NCBI GenBank assembly: GCA_002069965.1
Contig: MWCI01000006.1
Location: 888-64,887, forward strand
Origin: Spirochaetes bacterium ADurb.Bin218
GTDB taxonomy: Bacteria; Spirochaetota; UBA4802; UBA5550
Length of the DNA stretch: 64,000 nucleotides
Reading direction: 5' to 3'
Below the pieces are notes generated by a model. The model was not told the origin of the DNA and searched no databases. It saw only the letters and a program-made list of their open reading frames with translations. The position numbers were made by a program, and so were the translations under genes. Of the stretch, positions 45,856 through 56,282 are shown in pieces. Each line of letters starts with the position of its first letter. The stretch's first letter is position 1.

Positions 45856-46500
45856 ATGTTTAATGAACATGATAAAGCCTCTTACCTCAAGAGGCTTTGG
45901 TTTATGCTTAAGAGTGAATATTTTTATAGAAGAAGATTTTTGAATAGGTTTGCCTCTGTGGCAGGAAGACCAATGGTTTGGGGTGTATGGAATGTTGTTG
46001 TCTATGGCCCAAATATTCACCTTGGAAAAAATTGTGTTATTGTTGGAGCTGATGGATTTAGAACGACTCTGACTACTGTAAGCTATAATGGCCACCAGGG
46101 ATCTATAAAAATTGGAGATAATGTTTTGATCATGAATGGTGTGCGTGTAAGCAGTGCCAGTGAAATTGTAATAGGAGATGATTGCATGCTTGCAAATTTT
46201 TGTTATATAATGGATGCAGACTGGCATGATATATACGATAGAACCTCTTCCCCTGGAAAAACTGCACCTGTTATATTGGAAAGGGGAGTTTGGGTTGGAG
46301 ATTCTGCAATAATATGCAAAGGTGTGCGCATAGGAGAAAATTCAATAATTGGCGCTGGCTCTGTTGTACGCAAAGATGTTCCACCTAATTGTGTTGTAAT
46401 TGGAAATCCTGCAAGGGTTGTAAAAAAGCTTGACCCCGCAAGGGTTGTAACAATGGGGAAGCTTTATGAGACAGAAAATTTAAAGCATAAAGGGAAATGA
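45856..46500 (+). CDS. hexapeptide-repeat (LbetaH) acetyltransferase
   Basis: Repeated [LIV]GxxxxI hexapeptides (IGDNVLIMNGVRVSSASEIVIGDDCML...VGDSAIICKGVRIGENSIIGAGSVV). Confidence 0.75.
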   Translation: MFNEHDKASYLKRLWFMLKSEYFYRRRFLNRFASVAGRPMVWGVWNVVVYGPNIHLGKNCVIVGADGFRTTLTTVSYNGHQGSIKIGDNVLIMNGVRVSSASEIVIGDDCMLANFCYIMDADWHDIYDRTSSPGKTAPVILERGVWVGDSAIICKGVRIGENSIIGAGSVVRKDVPPNCVVIGNPARVVKKLDPARVVTMGKLYETENLKHKGK

Positions 46501-46503
46501 GCT

Positions 46504-47730
46504 GTGAAGATATGTCTTCTTTGTTATAGAGGTAACCCCTATTCTGGAGGTCAGGGGATTTATCTTAAATATATTGCCGAGGAGTTAGTTCGACAGGGAC
46601 ATGATGTTCATATAATAGTAGGACCTCCATCACCTGGTGAGATTAAAGGTGCAAAGATTCATTTTATACCAAACAATGAATATTATGTAAAAAAGGGGTT
46701 TGATGTTATAAACAGAGAAAAGCCCTTTGAAATATTTCATCCCATCAATGCCTATGAGTGGTTACATAGCAGGCTTGGGGCTTTCCCTGAAATAAGCTCC
46801 TTTGGATATAGGGCCTTCTTTTTGTTAAGGAAACTTCATGAAAAATATAACTTTGACATAATACATGACAATCAGTCTCTTAACTATGGGTTGCTTTTGA
46901 TGAAATCCTTGGACATTCCTGTTATTGCCACAATTCACCATCCCCTGACAATAGATCTGCGCAATGTTATTGAAAGGGCTCCCAACTTTTATAGAAAAAT
47001 CAGGGGAGTGATGTTTTATCCAACAGTCATGCAAGCCTTTGTTTCAAAGCGCCTTGATCATATAATTACAGTCTCTGAGGATTCAAAGAGAATGAATTAT
47101 ATTGATTTTGGAGTGCCTCTTCATAAACAGACTGTTGTATATAATGGAATTGACACTACGATTTTTAGGCCGCTGAAGATTAAAAAGAATAAAAGGGACA
47201 TTATCTTTGTGGGCAATATAGAGGATGGCAAAAAGGGCTTTGTCTATTTGCTGAAGGCTATGACTCTTATTAAAAGTGATGTGCGATTGGTAGTTGTAGA
47301 TGGAGGAGCACCTCATAGAAAACTAACAAATAAGCTTATAGATAAACTGGGAATAAGAGAAAAGATTTTTTTTGCAGGCACTGCATCATCGGATGATTTA
47401 GTTTCTCTTTATTGTCGCTCCTCCATTGCGATTGTTCCCTCTGTATATGAAGGATTTGGATTCCCTGCAGGTGAGGCTATGGCCTGTGGGGTTCCTGTGA
47501 TCTCCAGTGATGGAGGGGCTTTGCCTGAGGTTGTTGGCGATGCAGGAATAGTAGTTCCTTCCCGTGATGCAAAGGCTCTTGCAGAGGCAATTGACTCTTT
47601 GATAAATGATGATTACCTTTTAAAGGAATATGCACAGAAGGGGCTTAGTAGAATAAATTCTTTATTTACCTGGGAAAAGGCTGTTTCTCAGATGGTAGAG
47701 CTATACAGGGATTTAATAGCAAAATCGTGA
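46504..47730 (+). CDS. glycosyltransferase family 4
   Basis: GT-B fold with N-terminal YSGGQGIYLKYIAEELVRQGHDV and the C-terminal EGFGFPAGEAMACGVPVI motif. GTG start. Confidence 0.8.
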   Translation: MKICLLCYRGNPYSGGQGIYLKYIAEELVRQGHDVHIIVGPPSPGEIKGAKIHFIPNNEYYVKKGFDVINREKPFEIFHPINAYEWLHSRLGAFPEISSFGYRAFFLLRKLHEKYNFDIIHDNQSLNYGLLLMKSLDIPVIATIHHPLTIDLRNVIERAPNFYRKIRGVMFYPTVMQAFVSKRLDHIITVSEDSKRMNYIDFGVPLHKQTVVYNGIDTTIFRPLKIKKNKRDIIFVGNIEDGKKGFVYLLKAMTLIKSDVRLVVVDGGAPHRKLTNKLIDKLGIREKIFFAGTASSDDLVSLYCRSSIAIVPSVYEGFGFPAGEAMACGVPVISSDGGALPEVVGDAGIVVPSRDAKALAEAIDSLINDDYLLKEYAQKGLSRINSLFTWEKAVSQMVELYRDLIAKS

Positions 47731-47745
47731 TGCTATGGGTTTATT

Positions 47746-48882
47746 ATGATCTTGTCTGAGTTTTTGTATTTATTCCTTATGTTTTTTGTTCCAATGTTTT
47801 TGATTATAATTGCATTGGGGCAACTTGCAGAGAGAGATAAGGACTTTGTCCATTATGTCTTTGCTTTTTCTTTTATTGGTCAGGGATTATGGGAGATTCA
47901 AATAATCATATATAGCACAAAGGCTTTTCCTGATCTTTATGGCTTTGCAGTATGGCTTATCCCTTTTTCTTATGTGGTGACCCCTTTGCTTTTTATAAGG
48001 TATGTCTGGATTTTTTCTGTAGAGTATAGATTTTACAGAAGGCATATATTTTTATTTATACCATCAGTTATGGCTTTGTTTTTTTGCCTCTTTGTGATTT
48101 TTGTTTCTGGTGAATTTTCTCTTAATCACTTTGAGGCTCTACCTTTTTTGAGTAAAAGCTTTTATTCTCTTCCTCTTATCTCCAGATTGTTTCTGATAAA
48201 TATTCTCTTAAGCAAGATCTATCTTTTTGGGCTTATGCTATTTATGCTTTATAAGTTTTATAAGATATCAAGGTATAGCACCACTGTCAGGCTTTCAAGA
48301 GTTTTTAATGTAGGTTACATCTTTGCTATACTTATAGCTACTATGACAGCTATTTGTATTTTTGGAGATTTATTTTCAATGTCTGTGGTGAGAGGTTCAG
48401 TCCTTGTTGCAAATGTTTTTATATGTGCAGTTTATGTTGTCTCCAGAAGACATCCGAGCTACAACAGGATGCTTAAGATAGAGATAGAAAAGGTAAGCTA
48501 TGTTAATTCCTACATTAAAGGACTTGATTCAGATAGAGTAATAGCAAATCTCTATTCCCTTATGAGGGAAGAGAAGGCCTTTGCAGATGAGGATATTTCT
48601 TTGAAAAAACTGGCAGATGAGCTTGATATTACCACTCATCAGTTATCGCAAATTTTAAATGAAAAGATAAAAAAGAATTTTAATACCTTTATAAACGAGT
48701 TTAGGGTAGAATAAGCAAAATCTCTCCTTGTGGAGGAAGCTGATAGATCTATACTTTCAATAAGTCTTGCTGTTGGTTTTAATTCCTATACAACCTTTTG
48801 TACCACCTTTTCAAAATATACAGGCGAGTCTCCAAGTAATTATAGAAAGAGATTTTTAAAGGGCCATCTGCCAAAGAAATGA
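47746..48882 (+). pseudogene. membrane-anchored AraC-family regulator interrupted by in-frame TAA at 48712..48714
   Basis: Seven or more TM helices, then the first helix of an AraC HTH (LKKLADELDITTHQLSQILNEKIKKNFNTFINEFRVE). A TAA follows. The same frame then continues with the second HTH half AKSLLVEEADRSILSISLAVGFNSYTTFCTTFSKYTGESPSNYRKRF. Confidence 0.55.
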
Positions 48883-48911
48883 CAGATAAGCCCTCTGGCT
48901 GAGTTATTAGA

Positions 48912-50270
48912 TTAGTCCTGTCGATTTGTTCTTGTCCAGATATTCATCTTTTCAGCCTCTGCTATTAATTCCTCTCTAAAGTCGGGGTGAGCAATGCCTA
49001 TGAGTGCTTCGGCCCTTTCCCATGTAGATTTTCCTTTAAGCTGAACTATTCCATATTCTGTGACAATATAATGGACCATGTTTCTTGTGACAGTTACAAC
49101 TGTTCCAGGTTTGAATGTCGGCACTATCCGTGATTTCAGGTTTCCATTTTTGTCTGTGTAGGTTGATTCAAGGCATATAAAAGATTTTCCACCTTCTGAA
49201 TGAAACGCCCCGTATACAAAATCCCATTGCCCACCTGTTCCGGTAATATGCCTGAATCCATTGGACTCTGAAGAAACCTGGCTGTAAAGATCCACCTCAA
49301 GGCAATTATTTATTGAAACAACATCTGGATTTGCAGCAATAATCTTAGGATCATTGACCATATTCACAGGATATGATGCAAGGAATGGGTTGTTGTCCAT
49401 AAAATCATAAAGCCTCTGGGAGCCAAAGGCAAAGGTGTATACCATTTTTCCAGGATAAACTTTTTTCTTGTTGTTGCTTATACATCCCTGTTCAAACATG
49501 TCTATATAGGAATCAACTAACATCTCTGTGTGAACGCCAAGATCTTTAAGTCCAGACGAAGCAATTAGCTTGCCAAGGGCATTGGGCATTCCTCCAATTC
49601 CAAGCTGGATGCAGCTTCCATCTTTCATCTCATTGATTAGCATTGAGGCAATTTTTTTCTCTGTTTCTGATGGAGTCTCTTCTGGAGCAGTAAGAAGTGG
49701 GGCATGATCTGATTCAACAATGTAATCAACCTCAGAGATGTGAACTGATTCATCAAGGCCACCAAGGCAGTATGGTATGTTTTTGTTAACCTCAACTACT
49801 ACTGTTTTTGCATGTTTTATTATAGTTTTTACAAAGGTGTTTGCAATTCCAAAATTAAAGAAGCCATTTTTGTCCATGGCAGTTGCGCGCATAAATAAAA
49901 TATCTGTTCCTGCATAGCCGCATTCTACTGTGCGTGGATATTCGTGAAATAGTGATGGCAGATAGTCGCACAGCCCTTTGTCGTGAAGAATTCTGTCTCC
50001 AATGCTAAAGTGCGCATTGGTAAAGATAATATGCTCTCTTTTTTGATCTGCCCATACAGCTTGACAGATACCAGGATACACTTGAGTCTGGAGTTTTACA
50101 TTATGCAGCTCATGAACTCTTTGAGCCAGAAATTTATCTATATAAACAGGTGATAGTATAAAGCCGGCATAGCATATTCTGCTATTTGATTGAACAAGCC
50201 TTGCAGCTTCTTCTCCAGAGATGAGCTTGCTGCGGTATTCACTTTCATACTGGGGGGTTATGATATTCAT
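48912..50270 (-). CDS. acetyl-CoA hydrolase/transferase family protein (paralog of 16584..17930)
   Basis: 452 aa, colinear similarity with the other copy (…VVVEVNKNIPYCLGG…VTEYGI..LKGKSTWERAEALI…AHPDFRE). Confidence 0.8.
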   Translation of the reverse strand: MNIITPQYESEYRSKLISGEEAARLVQSNSRICYAGFILSPVYIDKFLAQRVHELHNVKLQTQVYPGICQAVWADQKREHIIFTNAHFSIGDRILHDKGLCDYLPSLFHEYPRTVECGYAGTDILFMRATAMDKNGFFNFGIANTFVKTIIKHAKTVVVEVNKNIPYCLGGLDESVHISEVDYIVESDHAPLLTAPEETPSETEKKIASMLINEMKDGSCIQLGIGGMPNALGKLIASSGLKDLGVHTEMLVDSYIDMFEQGCISNNKKKVYPGKMVYTFAFGSQRLYDFMDNNPFLASYPVNMVNDPKIIAANPDVVSINNCLEVDLYSQVSSESNGFRHITGTGGQWDFVYGAFHSEGGKSFICLESTYTDKNGNLKSRIVPTFKPGTVVTVTRNMVHYIVTEYGIVQLKGKSTWERAEALIGIAHPDFREELIAEAEKMNIWTRTNRQD

Positions 50271-50446
50271 AGATTTTCTCCTTGAGATTGAGATCTTATC
50301 ATTTTACAAAAAGACTTAGCTAAAGTAATAAGCTTTCTGTAAAAGGATTAAACAGGATGATTATAGTATAGAGAATTGAGGTTGTCTTGCGGATTTATAA
50401 AAGCAAAGGTTTGCATATATTCAGGATTATAAAAATGAAAGTGAGG

Positions 50447-51595
50447 CTATTTTCTTTTCATGGCAACTAAAATAATATCCTCATCAAGCTCTGCATAATC
50501 AGTAAAATCATATACAGACTCAATAATTGAGTGGACTATTTCAAGGGAGTCGAGATTTGCATTTTCTTTAAATTTGCCTTTGAGTCTCTCTAAGCCAAAT
50601 TCTGTATTTGTGTTTTCTTTTTTTGCTCTTAATATTCCTGGTGTATAATAAAGAAGAATGTCTCCTTCCTCCATACTTATGGTGAGATCTCTGAAGAAGG
50701 ATCTATTGGTAAAGAGTTTTCCAGTTTCTGTTTCTGACAGGTTTATTACTCCATTTTTATTGTTGATATAAAGAAGGGAATGAATTTTCCCAAAAGAAGA
50801 AATAGATACCTTGGCTGTTTTAAGATTGATCTGATATATTGATAGATAAATATCAGCTATATTTCCAGGTATAGAGTTTTTTAGTTTGTTGTTGATTTTA
50901 TCAATGATTACAGAAGGAACATTTTTTATTAGCTCATCACTTCTAAGCATAGTCTTGATCATTCCACCAATAAAGGAAGAGGAATGGCCTTCATTAGCTA
51001 TATAGCAGGTTGCTACAGTGTAGGTGTTTTTGTCATTAAAAAAACCATCAATAAAGGCACCACTCATAAACTTTGCAGGGAGATATGCACTTCTTATATC
51101 CATTTCTTTTACATCATCAAATTTTGGGAAAAGCCTTGCTTGAATATCGCGCATATTGAGCAGTTCTTTTTTAGATTCACTTCGTTGAAAGACTTCTCTG
51201 TTTGCATATACTGAGAGATCAGAAAGAGTCTTTGCAATAAAACTCAACAACCTTTTGCTAATATCTGTTATTGCCTTTTCTCCTTGTGTGACAACTGCCC
51301 ATTGGGCATAGTTTTCTACTTTAGAGATAGATACAAAACAGTTTATCTTTTTTGAGTATTTAGAAGTGAGTTCCAGAGAAAATTCTTCCCCTCCTTTGAG
51401 TTTTTCTGTAAAATCTGGAATTTTGATAAGAGTCTCATAAGACATATAAGGGAAGTCTTCGGATAAGGATTTTTTTGCAAGGGAATGGCCAGAGTCACCC
51501 TCTACATAAACCATTTCTATAAATTTAATATCTATAATATCTGCAATATCTGCAATTTGCCTGATTAATATTTCAGCGATTTCATTATTAGTCAT
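50447..51595 (-). CDS. PP2C-type (SpoIIE/RsbU-family) serine phosphatase with unknown N-terminal domain
   Basis: C-terminal PP2C motifs YLPAKFMSGAFIDGFF...ATCYIANEGHSSSFIGGM and the final DEDIILVAMKRK. The N-terminal roughly 150 aa have no recognisable domain. Confidence 0.7.
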   Translation of the reverse strand: MTNNEIAEILIRQIADIADIIDIKFIEMVYVEGDSGHSLAKKSLSEDFPYMSYETLIKIPDFTEKLKGGEEFSLELTSKYSKKINCFVSISKVENYAQWAVVTQGEKAITDISKRLLSFIAKTLSDLSVYANREVFQRSESKKELLNMRDIQARLFPKFDDVKEMDIRSAYLPAKFMSGAFIDGFFNDKNTYTVATCYIANEGHSSSFIGGMIKTMLRSDELIKNVPSVIIDKINNKLKNSIPGNIADIYLSIYQINLKTAKVSISSFGKIHSLLYINNKNGVINLSETETGKLFTNRSFFRDLTISMEEGDILLYYTPGILRAKKENTNTEFGLERLKGKFKENANLDSLEIVHSIIESVYDFTDYAELDEDIILVAMKRK

Positions 51596-51754
51596 AGCTA
51601 TAAAAATATTTTTATATTTTATTTAAAAGTAACATCAAAAGCCCTATATAGTCAAATTTTTTTTAAAAAGCTTTAAAAAGAATTTTTATTGACTCTTTTT
51701 TGTTTAAGGCTTAAGCTTCTGAAAGAATTATGGAATTTGCTGCGGCGAGGTTTT

Positions 51755-54700
51755 ATGTATCTTGGTTCTGATAAATATGGTGAAATAAAATATGTTGATG
51801 ATGTAAGCAGGCTTCTCACAGAGCTTTGTGGTGAAAGAGATATAGCTGTAATAAAGGAAAAGTTAGTTGATATAGTGCTGTTTATTCGCTATGAGCTTAA
51901 GACCAGAGGAAGTCTCAAGGGTATAAAAACAGAGTCTCTTGGAGAGCTTGAAACTCATGTAATAAAATTTCTTGCATCATATAATGGCCATGATTTTGAA
52001 GAGCTATATCACCTTATATATGAGCTTATAAAGCAAATCCCCAAGTTTAATATCTATGGCATAGACATAACAGAGCTGAGAGATATTGCACACGATTTTG
52101 AGGCTGAATATAGATATGATCCAGTCTTTGGATCAATTGCAGCAGACATAAGAAAGCTCACTCATCAGCACCTTTCAGATAAGGTTATTTCAAAGATTGA
52201 AAAATTTGAGCAATTTCTCCTTTCAGATAAGACAAGTGCAATGATTGATGGTAGCACTGTTTATAATGTATCCAAAGAGGCAAAGGAGGATCTGCTTGAG
52301 TCAGAAATCTTTCAGGAGCTTCTGGAGCTTAAGAATAAGCTTAAGATCGCATGGTCAGACAGAGGCGACACAAAAAATGGAATGAGCAGAGAGGAATTTT
52401 TTAAGGTAATAGATTCAAATTTGTCAGGTCTTATAACTGATGAGGTGAAGACTCTTAAAAATTATGAACATTTTTTGCATCATCTCCAGAGAGCAAAGGA
52501 GGTTCTCAAGGATAAAGAATGGGAAGATGCAGCAATAGGCAGAATTCGTTATAATCTCAAAAAATTGATTGAGGAAATTACTTTAACAGAAACTAAAAAC
52601 AAGGGTGAACTTCTTTTTAGATTGATTACAACAGACTCTCTCCTTGAACAGATAGCCTTCATTTATTACTCAAATCTTGTTAACACAAAGTATAAGATTA
52701 TTACTGATAACACATACATTGATGCACTGCATCTTCTTGTGGATTTAACCTTTTGTGTCAGAGCTGTTGGCCATGGAACAAAAATTTTAGGTCGCTTTGC
52801 TTTGCTTATAGAGAGAATACTTCTGCAACTTGATTCCCGTCCTGATAGAATAGCTCATTTCCCCAGCATTGTAGAGGCAATGAACTCTGAGCTTGAGAAT
52901 AATTTTCTTGCTATTAAGGAACTTTATTATAGCTATCTCTCTGATAGAGATAATGCACCTGCGCTGACTGCTATACTGAACAATATTATAAGGGAAAAGA
53001 CAACTCATGTTTTGGGTATACTCATAAACAGTATAAAAAACTATGATGTGCGAAAATCTGCAGAGCCCTATCAACAGATACTTGATGAGCTTAAAAATAG
53101 AGGCAAACTTACAATAAAAGATTTTGTTTACAGCTTTGGCACAGATATAGATGAGTCAATTGGAAAACTGGAGAAGATCGAATTCATGGGAGGCAAGGGC
53201 TTTTCCCAGATAAGAAATTCTCGTATTTTGCGTTCAATTAAATTGCCAAACTTTGATGTTCCAAAGGGTTATGGCTTTAGCACTTTGACCTGGTATCACA
53301 TGCAAAAGGGATTTTTCACTGTTGATGATATAAGGAACGAAATTTTCCGGATGATAAAAAATTTAGAGAAACGAACAGGTAAAAAATACGGTGATAGCGA
53401 CAATCCTCTTTTGCTTATGGCAAGATCTGGCAGTGTTGTTTCAATGCCAGGTATACTGGATACAGTTAGCCATATAGGCATAAATAAGGAAATTGCAGAT
53501 AGGTGGTCAAAAAATTTAAAAGAACCAGCAAGAGCTTATCAGGCCTATATATCCTTTATGCTAAGTTATGCAAAGAGCGTCCTTGGGCTTGACACAGAAG
53601 CTCTGGTGAAGGAAACTGGCTTTGATAGTTATGTCTCTGTTTTTAGAGAAGGACTTTTTATTATGAAGGATGCTGCAGATGCAATATTTCAGGCTATACA
53701 GGAGAAGGGCTGTGGAGCCTTTATTCCTGATGATCCTTATGAACAGATTTATAAATCAGCAATAGCAGTGTTTAGATCCTTTGAGAGTGATGTTGTAAAA
53801 AAGCAGACAATACATCTTGGTATACCAGAGCAGTTTCAAACAGGCTGTCTTATACAGGAGTGCGTTCCAGTTCTTTCAGCAAATGATTGCTCTGGTGTAT
53901 TTTTTACACGCAATCCAAACACAGGAAGAATTGGCAGCAAATATGATGAGCAGATTGAATTCAGCGATGGATTTTTTGGAAATGTCATAGCAGATGGAGC
54001 CATAACCCCTGGTAATACAGAAGATTTCATCAGACTTCATCCAGAGCACTATGAGGGATTTAGAAAGTTTAAATATGTAGATGAGAGAATACAGAGATTC
54101 CCAACGGATATTGAATTTGCCATAAGAGGAGGGGTTGCATATATAGTTCAGTCCAGAGTTTTAAAGCAATCGCCCATTGCTCGTATTATAAATAGCTATG
54201 AGTTTTATAAAGAGAATATCTACACAAAGTATAAGCTCATAAAGAGAACAGCCTTTGGACTTAATAAGAAGATAATCGGAACCTATCTTGATCGCAAAGC
54301 CTTAAGCGATGCACCTGTTATTGCTCAGGGTAAACCTGTAAATGGAGGAGCTGTGAGAGGAAGGCTTATAAAAGATCAAAATAGCATAAGTCTTTTTGAT
54401 GGGAAACTTATATTTATAACAGAGAGCAATGTTCCGCCCAAGGTAATTATGGCAGAAAACAGATTCTATGGCTATATATCAAAGGAGGGAGGGGTAACCT
54501 CTCATGCAGCACTTGTTGCCATAGGAGAGGGCAAGCCCTGTGTAACTGATGTTCATTGGGAGCAGAATAAAGAGCCAGGTCATGAGGATGAAATAATTAT
54601 AGGTTCAACTGTTTTAAGAGAAGGCGATTATATCACCTTAGATGCAAATACTGGAATGATTTACAAAGAGGATATTCCAATACTTGAGGTGTCTGTAGTT

Positions 54701-54778
54701 GATAGTGAGTATAAAGAGATTAAAGATGCAATCCTCTCTGTAATAGAGGAACTGGTTGCACCTGTAGAACAATATTGA
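51755..54778 (+). CDS. pyruvate-phosphate-dikinase-like protein: novel N-terminal domain + PPDK_N ATP-grasp nucleotide-binding domain + PEP-utilizer phosphohistidine swivel domain; no PEP/pyruvate TIM barrel
   Basis: FMGGKGFSQIR...VPKGYGFST, then SGSVVSMPGILDTVSHIGIN, then FFTRNPNTGRIGSKYDEQIEFSDGFFGNVIADG (PPDK_N), then ISKEGGVTSHAALVAIGEGKPCVTDV (mobile His domain). The protein ends about 90 aa later. In-frame ATG at 51755 with GAGG upstream. Confidence 0.7.
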   Translation: MYLGSDKYGEIKYVDDVSRLLTELCGERDIAVIKEKLVDIVLFIRYELKTRGSLKGIKTESLGELETHVIKFLASYNGHDFEELYHLIYELIKQIPKFNIYGIDITELRDIAHDFEAEYRYDPVFGSIAADIRKLTHQHLSDKVISKIEKFEQFLLSDKTSAMIDGSTVYNVSKEAKEDLLESEIFQELLELKNKLKIAWSDRGDTKNGMSREEFFKVIDSNLSGLITDEVKTLKNYEHFLHHLQRAKEVLKDKEWEDAAIGRIRYNLKKLIEEITLTETKNKGELLFRLITTDSLLEQIAFIYYSNLVNTKYKIITDNTYIDALHLLVDLTFCVRAVGHGTKILGRFALLIERILLQLDSRPDRIAHFPSIVEAMNSELENNFLAIKELYYSYLSDRDNAPALTAILNNIIREKTTHVLGILINSIKNYDVRKSAEPYQQILDELKNRGKLTIKDFVYSFGTDIDESIGKLEKIEFMGGKGFSQIRNSRILRSIKLPNFDVPKGYGFSTLTWYHMQKGFFTVDDIRNEIFRMIKNLEKRTGKKYGDSDNPLLLMARSGSVVSMPGILDTVSHIGINKEIADRWSKNLKEPARAYQAYISFMLSYAKSVLGLDTEALVKETGFDSYVSVFREGLFIMKDAADAIFQAIQEKGCGAFIPDDPYEQIYKSAIAVFRSFESDVVKKQTIHLGIPEQFQTGCLIQECVPVLSANDCSGVFFTRNPNTGRIGSKYDEQIEFSDGFFGNVIADGAITPGNTEDFIRLHPEHYEGFRKFKYVDERIQRFPTDIEFAIRGGVAYIVQSRVLKQSPIARIINSYEFYKENIYTKYKLIKRTAFGLNKKIIGTYLDRKALSDAPVIAQGKPVNGGAVRGRLIKDQNSISLFDGKLIFITESNVPPKVIMAENRFYGYISKEGGVTSHAALVAIGEGKPCVTDVHWEQNKEPGHEDEIIIGSTVLREGDYITLDANTGMIYKEDIPILEVSVVDSEYKEIKDAILSVIEELVAPVEQY

Positions 54779-54906
54779 AGTCAGTTAATAATAAAATTCT
54801 TTACAAAAATTTTGTTTGATTTTATTTTTAACTTACTTTAAAAATAAGCTCTTCAAGGCTATTATCAGAGACTTCATCATTTTGAAAACGCAAAACAGGG
54901 AAAATC

Positions 54907-55584
54907 ATGAATGTTATTTATATATCAAAAATTGCTGTTACTATTTTCTTTGGACTTATTCTTGGCTTTTTGTCATCAATACCTGTTGGGGCAGTTCAGC
55001 TTGAGGTAATAAAGAAGACAATCAATGGCCATACGAAGCCAGCAATAGCTACAGCCCTTGGCTCTGCTACATCGGATTTGCTTTATGGCTTGCTCACTCT
55101 TTTTGGATTTGGACACTTTCTTTTGCACAAGGATTTTCAAATCTTTATTTATCTTATGGGCATAGTAGTTCTCCTTTATCTGATTTATAAGTCTTACCAG
55201 GAGAGGGAGTATATGCTCCATAAAGAAAAGAGGATAAAGTATAACAAGAGACTCTCTTTTTTGACTGGATTTACAATTGCAGTGACAAACCCGGGCATGA
55301 TAATATGGTGGTTTATAGGATTCAGGCTTTATGCAGATCTCAATTTGTTTGATGTAATTACACCTGTTATTAAGCTTTGTTTTGTTATATCAGGTGCCAT
55401 TGGTCTTGCTTTATATCTCATACTTGAGGCAGCCATATTGCATAGGCTAAAGAGATCCTTTTCTGAGAAGTTTCTCTATAGGGCAAATGTCTTTCTTATG
55501 ATTGTTCTTGGGGTTTTGGTTTTATATTTTGCTTACAAACTTGTGCTTATTATTTTTAATCTAAAAAATATGCCTTCTTTTTAA
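54907..55584 (+). CDS. LysE/RhtB-family amino-acid exporter
   Basis: Six-TM 225-aa protein with LysE-type N-terminal motif (FLSSIPVGAVQLEVIKKT...ALGSATSDLLY). Confidence 0.7.
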   Translation: MNVIYISKIAVTIFFGLILGFLSSIPVGAVQLEVIKKTINGHTKPAIATALGSATSDLLYGLLTLFGFGHFLLHKDFQIFIYLMGIVVLLYLIYKSYQEREYMLHKEKRIKYNKRLSFLTGFTIAVTNPGMIIWWFIGFRLYADLNLFDVITPVIKLCFVISGAIGLALYLILEAAILHRLKRSFSEKFLYRANVFLMIVLGVLVLYFAYKLVLIIFNLKNMPSF

Positions 55585-55637
55585 GTTACCTGTAGTAGAC
55601 TTTTCAACTGCCCTTAGATTGTAAAGGGCATAGAGAT

Positions 55638-56189
55638 TTATCCAATAAGATAGGTCCCAGTCCCTGTTGCAATTAAGTTGTCGCTATCATTGAACATGTC
55701 CATACGTGTAACTGCAATCTTGTTGCCTGCACGTATTACATAAGAAATACATCTAAATTTTTTGCCGCTGCCAGGACGCAGATAGTCAACTCTTATGTTG
55801 AGTGTGCTCATTTTGCTAAAGCGAGAAATCAGCTCTGCAATGCTAACTCCTTTCATTGAGTGGATTGCATGTGTTTGAGCAATAATTCCTCCTGCAAGAT
55901 CTATTACAGCAGAGATCACGCCGCCATGGAGAATTTTTTGAACATAATTGCCATAGAGCTCTTCTCTTGAGTCAATTTCTATGATTGCCTTTTCCAGGGA
56001 AAGTTCCTTTACCTTTATTCCAAGGTAAACGTTAAAGGGCATCTTGGAATTATAGACTTCTTTAAGAGTTTCTATTATAACTTTAATTGCCTCTGGTTTT
56101 GTGAAGTCTGGAATGCTTTTAAGAAAATCTTCAGGAAGAGAAGCGCTATTTAATATTTCTGCTGTAGAGATGTTCTTTTTTTTATCCAT
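55638..56189 (-). CDS. hotdog-fold thioesterase (PaaI/4HBT-like)
   Basis: LHGGVISAVIDLAGG motif typical of PaaI-type thioesterases. Confidence 0.65.
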   Translation of the reverse strand: MDKKKNISTAEILNSASLPEDFLKSIPDFTKPEAIKVIIETLKEVYNSKMPFNVYLGIKVKELSLEKAIIEIDSREELYGNYVQKILHGGVISAVIDLAGGIIAQTHAIHSMKGVSIAELISRFSKMSTLNIRVDYLRPGSGKKFRCISYVIRAGNKIAVTRMDMFNDSDNLIATGTGTYLIG

Positions 56190-56282
56190 TCACAGTCACT
56201 GACTTATTTTAAAACTAAATTAACCCGATATCGGCAGGCCTGATTCGGGTTAATTTAAATGTTAATTATAACAAAATTTTAT

